A stretch of 63,951 nt of DNA, counting the filler, from Lama guanicoe (taxonomy: Eukaryota): NCBI GenBank assembly GCA_013239625.1. It is 76 parts of 73 records of this genome, joined end to end, with 100 filler letters (N's around TTAATTAATTAA, not from the genome) between each part and the next. Parts side by side here need not be neighbours in the genome. Positions count along the whole stretch, not along the records: positions 25,228 to 26,319 come from MU053391.1; positions 26,420 to 27,267 come from MU053391.1; positions 27,368 to 28,870 come from MU053392.1; positions 28,971 to 29,705 come from MU053393.1; positions 29,806 to 31,234 come from MU053395.1; positions 31,335 to 32,084 come from MU053399.1; positions 32,185 to 33,023 come from MU053400.1; positions 33,124 to 33,809 come from MU053402.1; 68 more parts are not named here. One strand, written 5' to 3'. Of the stretch, positions 25,128 through 36,801 are shown one piece after another. The first letter of the stretch is position 1. Every line of letters begins with the position of its first letter. Made by a program: the position numbers and the translations under genes. Below the pieces are notes generated by a model. The model saw nothing but the letters and a program-made list of their open reading frames with translations. It had not been told where the DNA came from and did not search any database.

Positions 25128-26446
25128 NNNNNNNNNNNNNNNNNNNNNNNNNNNNNNNNNNNNNNNNNNNNTTAATTAATTAANNNNNNNNNNNNNNNNN
25201 NNNNNNNNNNNNNNNNNNNNNNNNNNNTAACATAAAGGTCAGTATGTTACTTTTGTTTTTATTGTGTTTTCCTCAAGAAAAAACAGTGCCCATTGACTCA
25301 TCTCCTGGGATCAGGGAAGTCTTGATGAAAAGAAAGTGCCCCACGAGCAGGGCTGAAGCCCAGATGGGTTACTTTTTGGTTCTCCAAGGTGAGTCCAAAG
25401 AACAAAAAGCAATTGGTTGACTCTCTGTCTTCTTAATTTTACTCTTCGCTGCTAATTTACTGTTTCTGAGGTTTTGCTACATTTAGAGGCAATAAGCTCA
25501 TGTCCATTACTGGCAAAAGTGGTTTTAAGGTTTTTTTAATTATTATTTTTTGATAAAATTCAATATATAACTATTTTAAAGTATTCAATTTGGACATCAA
25601 GGCAAAAGCAGAACTGGAGGCTCCTGACTCCTTCCTCCCATGATGCACTAAATAAACAGCGACACAATAATCAATTTCCTGTGAGAGTAATGTAAAAATG
25701 GGTTGGTTCTCCTACACACTGGATGACGGGCAAAATACTGACATGTTAGGAAAAGCCGACATACACGAGGGCCATAAACCCAAGGCCCAGCAGTGGCCCT
25801 TGCAATCAGGATATAAACCCTGGCTATCATCTTCATTCTAAGAAACACAGGATTCAGACAAGACATCTAGGGCACGAACATTTATGGATGACAACCCAGG
25901 GACCAAATAAAGTGGTGATTTAAAACAGGTGTGTAAAGTCCTTCAGGGGTTCTTTCTCCTATCTCAGAACAGAGGACTCGGGCAAAAACACAGCTCCCAT
26001 TTTCTCCAGTGCAGGGCAGNNNNNNNNNNNNNNNNNNNNNNNNNNNNNNNNNNNNNNNNNNNNNNNNNNNNNNNNNNNNNNNNNNNNNNNNNNNNNNNNN
26101 NNNNNNNNNNNNNNNNNNNNNNNNNNNNNNNNNNNNNNNNNNNNNNNNNNNNNNNNNNNNNNNNNNNNNNNNNNNNNNNNNNNNNNNNNNNNNTGTGTGT
26201 GTGGCGTGTATGTGTGCGTGTGTGTACAGGCTGGGATCAGGCTTTCAGCTTTCCCTAGGAGGAGAACTATATATTACTCTGATTGTTTTCTCTGCCACCT
26301 GAGGGTCTGACTTGACTTCNNNNNNNNNNNNNNNNNNNNNNNNNNNNNNNNNNNNNNNNNNNNTTAATTAATTAANNNNNNNNNNNNNNNNNNNNNNNNN
26401 NNNNNNNNNNNNNNNNNNNTGGGGGGCGGCCACAGCTGGACCCTGA

Positions 26447-26600
26447 AGTGGTGGTTCTCAAACTAAGTACACAAGGTAGTAACTGGACAATTCCAGTGCC
26501 CCATTCCCCAAAAATCTAACTCAGCATCCTTGAAGATGCAGCATAAGGATTCTCAATTTAACAAGCTTCCCAGTGATTTTGCTTGAGTTAATCTAAGAAA
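26447..26600. mobile_element. Possible MER5-like hAT DNA transposon remnant
   Basis: GTGGTTCTCAAACT terminus-like motif and TTTAACAAGCTTCCCAGTGATT internal motif. Confidence 0.5.
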
Positions 26601-27367
26601 TGCTTAGAAGAGAAACCGAGACTTGCAACCCAGTAAGCACCACACAGATACTTGCTGTGACGTTCAAAGCATTCACTCTTCCTGGGGGCCTACCTGCGTC
26701 AGCATCCCTGGGCCTGTGTTCTTCATCAGGAAGTTTAGATGGTGGCCAAGCAGACGGGACTCACCTGGGAAACTCCCCGTCTATATAATCCAGTGAGTGT
26801 GTGGGTTGACTAACTGCAGCCCAGGTGTGAAGTTGATCTTGCTATATTTCAAAACAAAACAAAACAAAAAGTTTAAGCTATTTTAATTCAATCATGAAAG
26901 TGGAATCTTCCTGACTGATATATTGCAACATCATTTCCATCATAAACGTACATGTGTGGTGGGCATCTACATACATACAACATTAAACAGCATTTTATAC
27001 TATTCAGTGTAGATTCATAACATAAACATTCTTTCACACAGCCATTTCATTTTCATAACCATGTGTCTCAACTTCTTTTTTATGGTAAAATGTAGGTCTC
27101 TTTCTTTGAGAGTAAGAGGCCATGTAGGCCTGTAAGGAATTACAAGGTCAGAAAATCCACTCAATCTCAGAGCTCCCTGACCAGGCATCTTCAATACCCT
27201 GGACTTTGATGTCCCTTGGAAATCTGTTAAAAATTTGAGGCAAATTCAGAGGACAGGCTGTGCTGGGNNNNNNNNNNNNNNNNNNNNNNNNNNNNNNNNN
27301 NNNNNNNNNNNTTAATTAATTAANNNNNNNNNNNNNNNNNNNNNNNNNNNNNNNNNNNNNNNNNNNN

Positions 27368-28870
27368 CACAGTTTAAAATATATGTATATATAGACTGAC
27401 ATACTTGATCAATGATAGGGACAACAGACCAATTAATCAAATTAAAAACTAAGAAGAGCCTAAGCTCTTTGGTGAAACTTGGGCATCCTAGAGACTTTTC
27501 TATAAAATTAGATACAATGCACAAAAAAAAAAAAAANNNNNNNNNNNNNNNNNNNNNNNNNNNNNNNNNNNNNNNNNNNNNNNNNNNNNNNNNNNNNNNN
27601 NNNNNNNNNNNNNNNNNNNNNNNNNNNNNNNNNNNNNNNNNNNNNNNNNNNNNNNNNNNNNNNNNNNNNNNNNNNNNNNNNNNNNNNNNNNNNNNNNNNN
27701 NNNNNNNNNNNNNNNNNNNNNNNNNNNNNNNNNNNNNNNNNNNNNNNNNNNNNNNNNNNNNNNNNNNNNNNNNNNNNNNNNNNNNNNNNNNNNNNNNNNN
27801 NNNNNNNNNNNNNNNNNNNNNNNNNNNNNNNNNNNNNNNNNNNNNNNNNNNNNNNNNNNNNNNNNNNNNNNNNNNNNNNNNNNNNNNNNNNNNNNNNNNN
27901 NNNNNNNNNNNNNNNNNNNNNNNNNNNNNNNNNNNNNNNNNNNNNNNNNNNNNNNNNNNNNNNNNNNNNNNNNNNNNNNNNNNNNNNNNNNNNAAACATG
28001 GAACGTTTACAGCTCTTCTCACTGATACTAAAATGCCAATTAAGGAGATAAAATTGGGTATGGATGACAGCAGTTCTCTGGGGACCTGGACGCGTGTGTC
28101 TTTGTCTTGCAGATGAGAAATATAAATACAAAAAACAGTGACCAAGAATTGAGCCTAATTAGCTCAACAAAATAAACTTAAGGTCAAGAAACTTTTGGCA
28201 TTTTAGAACTCAGAACTCTGGCGGGTCCTTCAGACTTTGTGAAGAAATCTTAACTGTCTGTTTCATAAATAGTAAGCCTTAGTGATTTGAGCAAGCAAAT
28301 TCAGCTTACTCCAACTATTATTATACCTATCTTATAAGTAACTTTTAAAGTGATGCNNNNNNNNNNNNNNNNNNNNNNNNNNNNNNNNNNNNNNNNNNNN
28401 NNNNNNNNNNNNNNNNNNNNNNNNNNNNNNNNNNNNNNNNNNNNNNNNNNNNNNNNNNNNNNNNNNNNNNNNNNNNNNNNNNNNNNNNNNNNNNNNNNNN
28501 NNNNNNNNNNNNNNNNNNNNNNNNNNNNNNNNNNNNNNNNNNNNNNNNNNNNNNNNNNNNNNNNNNNAATATTTGATATTGTTTAGTTTAAGTATGTTCT
28601 AATTAATAGATACATCTTTAAAGTCATCAATATTAAGTATAATACCTTTACTGTACCTAGGTTTAATGAAAGTCAAATAAGATCCTGTTATATCTGTTGC
28701 AGATTTGTCAAAAAAAAAATAAATGTAATGTGGTGTGGTAAAATTTTAAGTAAATTGAATACAAATGAGATGAGAGTTTTGGGTAAATATTTAAAATATA
28801 TTTTTAAAGTGTATGCTTAAAATAATCTGTAAATGTTTGGTATCTTTAAATTCTAGAGTTGTGCTAAATT
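27368..28870 (+). mobile_element. Possible ERV1-class internal non-coding sequence (fragmented)
   Basis: AT-rich 28569-28870 (GTACCTAGGTTTA...GTCAAATAAG...ATATCTGTTGCAGATTTGTC) resembles MER4-group internal regions from memory. No gag or pol motif was seen. Confidence 0.4.
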
Positions 28871-28970
28871 NNNNNNNNNNNNNNNNNNNNNNNNNNNNNN
28901 NNNNNNNNNNNNNNTTAATTAATTAANNNNNNNNNNNNNNNNNNNNNNNNNNNNNNNNNNNNNNNNNNNN

Positions 28971-29705
28971 CCTCCAGCACACACACGAACCCTTGCACAG
29001 TTATCCTGAGAGTGGGCAGGCTCCTTCAACTGAGAGCAGGACCTTGGTTCTTATAAAATCGCTTAACTTGTCTACCTTGTTTGGTTGCCTGATACGGAGT
29101 GCTGGAGAAAGGGTGGGTTGGGCTCTAAATCCAAGTATTAGCGAGTGCTTCTCCATGGGATTTGGAGGTTTTTAACCAAAACCCCACAACATGGGAATAA
29201 CTNNNNNNNNNNNNNNNNNNNNNNNNNNNNNNNNNNNNNNNNNNNNNNNNNNNNNNNNNNNNNNNNNNNNNNNNNNNNNNNNNNNNNNNNNNNNNNNNNN
29301 NNNNNNNNNNNNNNNNNNNNNNNNNNNNNNNNNNNNNNNNNNNNNNNNNNNNNNNNNNNNNNNNNNNNNNNNNNNNNNNNNNNNNNNNNNNNNNNNNNNN
29401 NNNNNNNNNNNNNNNNNNNNNNNNNNNNNNNNNNNNNNNNNNNNNNNNNNNNNNNNNNNNNNNNNNNNNNNNNNNNNNNNNNNNNNNNNNNNNNNNNNNN
29501 NNNNNNNNNNNNNNNNNNTTCCAGTATCCTGAGGGTGGGGTAGTTCCTCCAACTGACATCAGCGTCTTGGTTTTAATAGAATCCCTTTGCTTATCTTCCC
29601 TGATGGTATGCCTAGGCCACTGTGTGGTTGAAAGTGGGATTTGGGATCGAAAACTTAGTATTAGCGTATGCCTCCCCATGGGCAGTGGAGATGTTTAAAC
29701 TACAA
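28971..29705 (-). repeat. Satellite D: diverged relative of the 267-bp satellite
   Basis: ATCCTGAG.GTGGG..G.TCCT.CAAC...GGTT.TAA core is shared with satellite C. 29587-29705 is near-identical to 32591-32709. Confidence 0.85.
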
Positions 29706-29805
29706 NNNNNNNNNNNNNNNNNNNNNNNNNNNNNNNNNNNNNNNNNNNNTTAATTAATTAANNNNNNNNNNNNNNNNNNNNNNNNNNNNNNNNNNNNNNN
29801 NNNNN

Positions 29806-31234
29806 CACCCCTAGCATTCCCTGGCCCAAAGGCATTAGGAAAACCCTCAGGGGATACGAGCTTAAGCATTCCGATAGAACCCAAGCACTGCCGACCGTTG
29901 GTGGATTCTCCCCACGCTCAGGATTCTGGAAACATTGTCAGTGCGTGGTGGAGCTCGAGAGACAACTCCACGGAGCTCTCTTCGTTCACAGGGGTTCCCT
30001 GTTCGGGGAAGTCCGAGAAATAACTTCCCTAAACTTGGGGAGGCAGCGTATGACACTGGTATATCCTGCAAACCCCCCTAACATTCCCTGGCACAGAGAC
30101 ATTAGGAAAACACTCAGGGGAGACGAGCTTAGGCATTCAGTTAAATCCCACGCGCTGCCGACCGTTGGTGGATTCTCCCCACGCTCGGGAATCCGGAATC
30201 ATTGTCAGTGCTTTTGGGATCTCGAGAGACAACTCCACGCAGCTCTCTTCATTCACAGGAGTTCCCTTTTTGGGGAAGTCCGAGAAATAACTTCCCTGAC
30301 CTTGGGGAGGCAGCCTCGGTCACTGGGATATCCTGCAATCACCCCTAGCATTCCCTGGCACAGAGACATTAGGAAAACCCTCAGGGGAGACGAGCTTAGG
30401 CATTCAGTTAAATCCCACGCGCTGCCGACCGTTGGTGGAACCTCCCCACGCTCAGGATTCCGGAATATTTGTCAGTGCGTGGGGGAGCACGAGAGACAAC
30501 GCCACGAAGCTCTCTTCATTCACAGGAGTTCCCTTTTTGGGGAAGTCCGAGAAATAACTTCCCTGACCTTGGGGAGGCAGCCTCGGTCACTGGGATATCC
30601 TGCAATCACCCCTAGCATTCCCTGGCACAGAGACATTAGGAAAACCCTCAGGGGAGACGAGCTTAGGNNNNNNNNNNNNNNNNNNNNNNNNNNNNNNNNN
30701 NNNNNNNNNNNNNNNNNNNNNNNNNNNNNNNNNNNNNNNNNNNNNNNNNNNNNNNNNNNNNNNNNNNNNNNNNNNNNNNNNNNNNNNNNNNNNNNNNNNN
30801 NNNNNNNNNNNNNNNNNNNNNNNNNNNNNNNNNNNNNNNNNNNNNNNNNNNNNNNNNNNNNNNNNNNNNNNNNNNNNNNNNNNNNNNNNNNNNNNNNNNN
30901 NNNNNNNNNNNNNNNNNNNNNNNNNNNNNNNNNNNNNNNNNNNNNNNNNNNNNNNNNNNNNNNNNNNNNNNNNNNNNNNNNNNNNNNNNNNNNNNNNNNN
31001 NNNNNNNNNNNNNNNNNNNNNNNNNNNNNNNNNNNNNNNNNNNNNNNNNNNNNNNNNNNNNNNNNNNNNNNNNNNNNNNNNNNNNNNNNNNNNNNNNNNN
31101 NNNNNNNNNNNNNNNNNNNNNNNNNNNNNNNNNNNNNNNNNNNNNNNCTGGCACAGAGGCCTTAGGAAAACCCTCAGAGGAGACAAGCTTCGGCATTCCG
31201 TTACAACCCACGCGCTGCCGACCGTTGGTGGAAC
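29806..31234 (+). repeat. Satellite C: 267-bp GC-rich tandem repeat
   Basis: Anchor CCGACCGTTGGTGGA occurs at 29891, 30158 and 30425 (exact 267 spacing). Confidence 0.97.
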
Positions 31235-32184
31235 NNNNNNNNNNNNNNNNNNNNNNNNNNNNNNNNNNNNNNNNNNNNTTAATTAATTAANNNNNNNNNN
31301 NNNNNNNNNNNNNNNNNNNNNNNNNNNNNNNNNNATTATCATTCATATACATATATATATATAAATATATATATAAAATCTCCTCTATATCCTTAGATAT
31401 AAAAAAGAACATGTCAGGTAACAGTCTCTTGCAAATTAAAAAAACAATAAAAAATATAAGTGAAACTTTTGAAAACAAAATGAAAAAAATCTACCAGAAT
31501 TTAGAAAAACAACAACAAAAACATGACGGAAAATTGGCCATTTAAAAAGGGTATCAGAATTAGAGAATTAATATAAAGGAACAAATACATACTTGTTGTC
31601 ACTCCTAGAAATCCATACAGTAAAACAACAATGGATTTAATAATATCAAAGAAACACATTTTTCAGAATTTATATAAATTAACCACCATATTCAAATGAA
31701 ATGAACAGAACACAGGCAAATAACTGAAAAACATATTATTGAAAGACATTTCCTTGAAAATTCTAGATGTCTTTTTGACAATATTTTCTGAAAGTTATTA
31801 GTGTTGCCCATAAATGTATGTTTCTCAATGTGACTTATATGGTAAAATACCAATACTGGGAAGAATTGTTTATATCAAAATACGAACTAAAATATCACCA
31901 TGTTTTTATAATAATGTGTATTTTATTATTTCAGCAATATATGCTAGAAAATGGAAAAATGCTGTCGACATAGCCACCTTGGACACAAAGAGCGATGTAC
32001 CTATGCTGAAAGGATGGAGAAAAGAGAAAAAGAGTTGGAGGTGGTGGTGATGATAATGGAAGTTCTCCATCCACAGTGGCCAGANNNNNNNNNNNNNNNN
32101 NNNNNNNNNNNNNNNNNNNNNNNNNNNNTTAATTAATTAANNNNNNNNNNNNNNNNNNNNNNNNNNNNNNNNNNNNNNNNNNNN

Positions 32185-33023
32185 AATACCTGTGCTCCTT
32201 GATAAAAGCGTGGACTCTGTATTCCCACCACCACAAGATACATGAAGAAGTTTTCTGCTATCCTGAGTGTGGGCTGGCAATTTCAGGTGACAGAAGCGGC
32301 TGGGTTCTAATAGAATCCCTTAGCTTGTAATCCCTGAGTGTTTCCCTAGGACTGACTCTGAGANNNNNNNNNNNNNNNNNNNNNNNNNNNNNNNNNNNNN
32401 NNNNNNNNNNNNNNNNNNNNNNNNNNNNNNNNNNNNNNNNNNNNNNNNNNNNNNNNNNNNNNNNNNNNNNNNNNNNNNNNNNNNNNNNNNNNNNNNNNNN
32501 NNNNNNNNNNNNNNNNNNNNNNNNNNNNNNNNNNNNNNNNNNNNNNNNNNNNNNNNNNNNNNNNNNNNNNNNNNNNNNNNNNNNNNNNNTTTGCTTGTCT
32601 TCCCTGATGGTTTGCCTAGGCCAGTGTGTGGTTGAAAGTGGGATTTGGGATCTCAAACTAAGTGTTAGCGTGTGCCTCTCCATGGGCAGTGGAGATGTTT
32701 AAACTACAACCCAAAACTTGGGAATTACTGTGACCCCTGATACATGCGTGTGCTATGTTTCCCCACGTCCAGCACACACAGGAAGAATTGTTCTGGATTT
32801 CTAGTTTGGGGAGGTTCCTCCAACAGACAGCAGCACCTGGGTTTTTAAAGAATCCCTTAGCTTGACTTCCCTAAGTGTTTTTCTAGGCCTAGCAGTAAGC
32901 GATGGTGGGGGATTGGCTCTAAAGCCAAGTATTAGCGAGTGCAACTCTGTGGGTAGTGGTGGGTTTTACACTAATTCCCCAACCTTGGAAAACCTGTGCC
33001 CCAAAAAGATGCGTGGAATCTGT
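32185..33023 (-). repeat. Satellite D: 267-bp diverged monomers
   Basis: Anchors GCTTG.CTTCCCT at 32593/32860 and AGT.TTAGCG at 32661/32928 are both 267 apart. Confidence 0.88.
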
Positions 33024-33134
33024 NNNNNNNNNNNNNNNNNNNNNNNNNNNNNNNNNNNNNNNNNNNNTTAATTAATTAANNNNNNNNNNNNNNNNNNNNN
33101 NNNNNNNNNNNNNNNNNNNNNNNTAAATACTGAA

Positions 33135-33245
33135 CTTATTTTCAGATAAAGAAAATTGGACACAAAAAGAACTGTTTCTCCCCCACATCACAAAGATAAT
33201 AACTGGTATAGGCAAGATTTGAACTCATCTGCCTGATTCTAAAAA
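33135..33245 (-). mobile_element. MIR fragment
   Basis: ATTTTCAGATAAAGAAAATTGGACACA...GGCAAGATTTGAACTCATCTGCCTGATTC. Confidence 0.65.
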
Positions 33246-33909
33246 CTAAGGTGGAAATCCCATTTGACTGGGGAAGGTCCAGCAGCACAGCCTATCATCC
33301 TATCTTCGTTCAGATCTAGCTTTAGACAGCCTGAGACCGTACCCCATTCCTATGGAAGTCGAGGGGAAACNNNNNNNNNNNNNNNNNNNNNNNNNNNNNN
33401 NNNNNNNNNNNNNNNNNNNNNNNNNNNNNNNNNNNNNNNNNNNNNNNNNNNNNNNNNNNNNNNNNNNNNNNNNNNNNNNNNNNNNNNNNNNNNNNNNNNN
33501 NNNNNNNNNNNNNNNNNNNNNNNNNNNNNNNNNNNNNNNNNNNNNNNNNNNNNNNNNNNNNNNNNNNNNNNNNNNNNNNNNNNNNNNNNNNNNNNNNNNN
33601 NNNNNNNNNNNNNNNNNNNNNNNNNNNNNNNNNNNNNNNNNNNNNNNNNNNNNNNNNNNNNNNNNNNNNNNNNNNNNNNNNNNTTCTCTCTTCGGAGACT
33701 ATATCTATGACCACAAAGCAGAAATCCAATTAAAAACACCATGCACGAAGCCTGGTGAAAGTCTGCATAAGAGACTTTGTTCTCACGCTCAGTGAATGAA
33801 AACAAAACTNNNNNNNNNNNNNNNNNNNNNNNNNNNNNNNNNNNNNNNNNNNNTTAATTAATTAANNNNNNNNNNNNNNNNNNNNNNNNNNNNNNNNNNN
33901 NNNNNNNNN

Positions 33910-33966
33910 GTGGGAGAGGGTGACTTACGAGCGTCCTTCTACTCCGCCATCTTCTCCGCCCCCCCC
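33910..33966 (-). mobile_element. Extreme 5' end of a young LINE-1 with YY1 site
   Basis: Minus strand reads GGGGGGGGCGGAGAAGATGGCGGAGTAGAAGGACGC, a G-run followed by the YY1 core AAGATGGCGG (33944-33953). CpGs are intact. Confidence 0.8.
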
Positions 33967-34150
33967 ACTCTATGTCTTTTGACTGGAGCATTTAGTCCAT
34001 TAACATTTACAGTAATTAATAATAGATGTGTGTTTATTGCCATTTTGAACTTAACTTTACAGTTGATTTGGTATTTCCTCTTTGTTCCTTTCTTCTTCCT
34101 TTTGTGGTTTGGTAATTTTCCTTTGTATTATCATGGATTTTTTTTTACTT
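33967..34150 (-). mobile_element. Older LINE-1 ORF2 start (endonuclease N-terminus) and inter-ORF spacer
   Basis: ATG at 34043 reads MAINTHLLLITVNVNGLNAPVKRHR. Confidence 0.9.
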
Positions 34151-34304
34151 GAATTTTCATCTAATTTATTAATTATCTAATAATGTGGGGTTTTACGTAG
34201 ACACTTTGAGTTGAAGAAACAACTATTTGATATACATCATGTATATGAATTAGTGAGAGTCTACATTTGGAAGAACGATACTTATGTTTAATTTTACATT
34301 TGCA

Positions 34305-34504
34305 TAGTGCTTACAAATACTAATTCGTAATCCTCATGACAGTCCTGTGAGGTACGCATAACTATTATCATCTCTATTTTTCATATAAGCAAAATTATGG
34401 CACAGAAAAGTTAAGGAGTTTGCCAAGGGTTACACAGACGGTAAGTCACCATGTGGCAAGATTCAAACTCAGTCTAAAGTCCATGTTCTTAACAGCTATG
34501 CTAT
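34305..34504 (-). mobile_element. MIR SINE
   Basis: TAATCCTCATGACAGTCCTGTGAGGTA...GGCACAGAAAAGTTAAGGAGTTTGCCAAGGGTTACACAG. Confidence 0.85.
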
Positions 34505-34604
34505 NNNNNNNNNNNNNNNNNNNNNNNNNNNNNNNNNNNNNNNNNNNNTTAATTAATTAANNNNNNNNNNNNNNNNNNNNNNNNNNNNNNNNNNNNNNNN
34601 NNNN

Positions 34605-35191
34605 ACCTTTCTTTTAGAAGAAGTTTTGAACTGCTGAATTCTTTTAAGGTTTGAGGGTCTGTGGAATTGTCTAGCTCTGCCGTTATTAGAAGTGGTGGTC
34701 ATGTGGCATAGGCTACCCTAGATGGCAGCATTTGGCCATTCAGGATGTGCTCTGTGTCCTGGCACTCCTCCCTGTCCTGCAATATTACAGCCGAGATATC
34801 AGCTGAAACCCCACTGGAGGTTCCCTTGTGACTATGTTGTTTCCTCCAGGTGCATTTAAATCACTGGGATATTCGTGAATCATACAGCTGCTGGTAGGTC
34901 TATTGGGATTCCACCTCCTTTGGACGCTGGGTACTTCCTGAATTCGCATAGATGATTCTTTCTTGGCTTTCAGCAAGTTTCAGTCTGANNNNNNNNNNNN
35001 NNNNNNNNNNNNNNNNNNNNNNNNNNNNNNNNNNNNNNNNNNNNNNNNNNNNNNNNNNNNNNNNNNNNNNNNNNNNNNNNNNNNNNNNNNNNNNNNNTGT
35101 TTTCATTGGTTTGCACTTGCTTTCCTATGTCTGATTCTGACAGAGCGATTTCTGTTCCCCTGTCTTCACAGTCATTCACGCATCCCATTGC
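34605..35191 (-). repeat. Repeat F copy 2: amplified decayed L1 ORF1-derived sequence
   Basis: Reverse complement of about 57340-57950. RIQEVPSVQRRWNPNRPTS resembles ORF1p IQEAQRVP.R.NP.R.TPRH. Confidence 0.75.
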
Positions 35192-35291
35192 NNNNNNNNN
35201 NNNNNNNNNNNNNNNNNNNNNNNNNNNNNNNNNNNTTAATTAATTAANNNNNNNNNNNNNNNNNNNNNNNNNNNNNNNNNNNNNNNNNNNN

Positions 35292-35797
35292 TAAATTATG
35301 TGTTCTTTATTCTGCATTCTATCTACTATATTCTGTGTTCCACATTCTATATTCAACATTCTATAATTTGAATTCTAGATTCTATATACTGTGTTCTGCA
35401 TTCCATGTTCTACAATTTTGGTTCTGTATTCTGTAATCTATATTCTGTGTTCTACATTTGATATTCTGTATTCTGTATTCAATATTCTAAATTGTGTTCT
35501 GCATTCCATGTTCTACAATTTTGGTTCTGTATTCTGTAATCTATATTCTGTGTTCTACATTCTATATTCTGTATTCTATATACTGTATTCTGTGTTCTGC
35601 ATTCCTTGCCTAAATTCTGTATTCTGTATTCTGTATTTAATATTCTGTAATCTTTGCTCTGCTTTCCATGTTCTTAATTCTGTGTTCTATATTTTATAAT
35701 CTATATTCTGTGTTCTATATTCTATTCTCTACATTCTATATCCTGTAGTCTATATTCTAAATTCTGTGTTCTGAATTCCAAGTTCTAAATTCTGGGT
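35292..35797 (-). repeat. Satellite A (7-bp periodic)
   Basis: Heptamer run. Confidence 0.95.
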
Positions 35798-35897
35798 NNN
35801 NNNNNNNNNNNNNNNNNNNNNNNNNNNNNNNNNNNNNNNNNTTAATTAATTAANNNNNNNNNNNNNNNNNNNNNNNNNNNNNNNNNNNNNNNNNNNN

Positions 35898-36091
35898 CTG
35901 ATTCAGCCCCACACATGCTCTATTGACAAAATGCCAAATTGGTCTCCTGTCCTGCAGATGCACTGGGTGTGGCCATGGGACATATAGATAATTTCAACTG
36001 CGTGCGCCATGGTGGTTACTTGCTCATTGGGGCCACAGGTCGGTTTGCTCTCTTGATAGGACCCACCACATCCCACAACGCACTCCAGATC
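35898..36091 (+). repeat. Repeat G copy 1 (unclassified)
   Basis: About 190 bp is closely similar to about 58188-58381. Confidence 0.8.
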
Positions 36092-36801
36092 NNNNNNNNN
36101 NNNNNNNNNNNNNNNNNNNNNNNNNNNNNNNNNNNNNNNNNNNNNNNNNNNNNNNNNNNNNNNNNNNNNNNNNNNNNNNNNNNNNNNNNNNNNNNNNNNN
36201 NNNNNNNNNNNNNNNNNNNNNNNNNNNNNNNNNNNNNNNNNNNNNNNNNNNNNNNNNNNNNNNNNNNNNNNNNNNNNNNNNNNNNNNNNNNNNNNNNNNN
36301 NNNNNNNNNNNNNNNNNNNNNNNNNNNNNNNNNNNNNNNNNNNNNNNNNNNNNNNNNNNNNNNNNNNNNNNNNNNNNNNNNNNNNNNNNNNNNNNNNNNN
36401 NNNNNNNNNNNNNNNNNNNNNNNNNNNNNNNNNNNNNNNNNNNNNNNNNNNNNNNNNNNNNNNNNNNNNNNNNNNNNNNNNNNNNNNNNGGATGTTTCCA
36501 TTGCTGTGTTCATGGGAGCGAGTGAGCGCAGGTTGCACTGCTTCTCTGTCAACTGGGCATCGATGAATCAACACTTTCCAGATACATTTCACAGAAATGT
36601 GATTATTTTTTGTCTCTTTGTTTCTATACAGCCGTGGTGGGAGGGATTGTCTGAAGACCCCAGTTTTGACATTGTGTTGATATCTCATTTGCAGTCTTTA
36701 ANNNNNNNNNNNNNNNNNNNNNNNNNNNNNNNNNNNNNNNNNNNNTTAATTAATTAANNNNNNNNNNNNNNNNNNNNNNNNNNNNNNNNNNNNNNNNNNN
36801 N

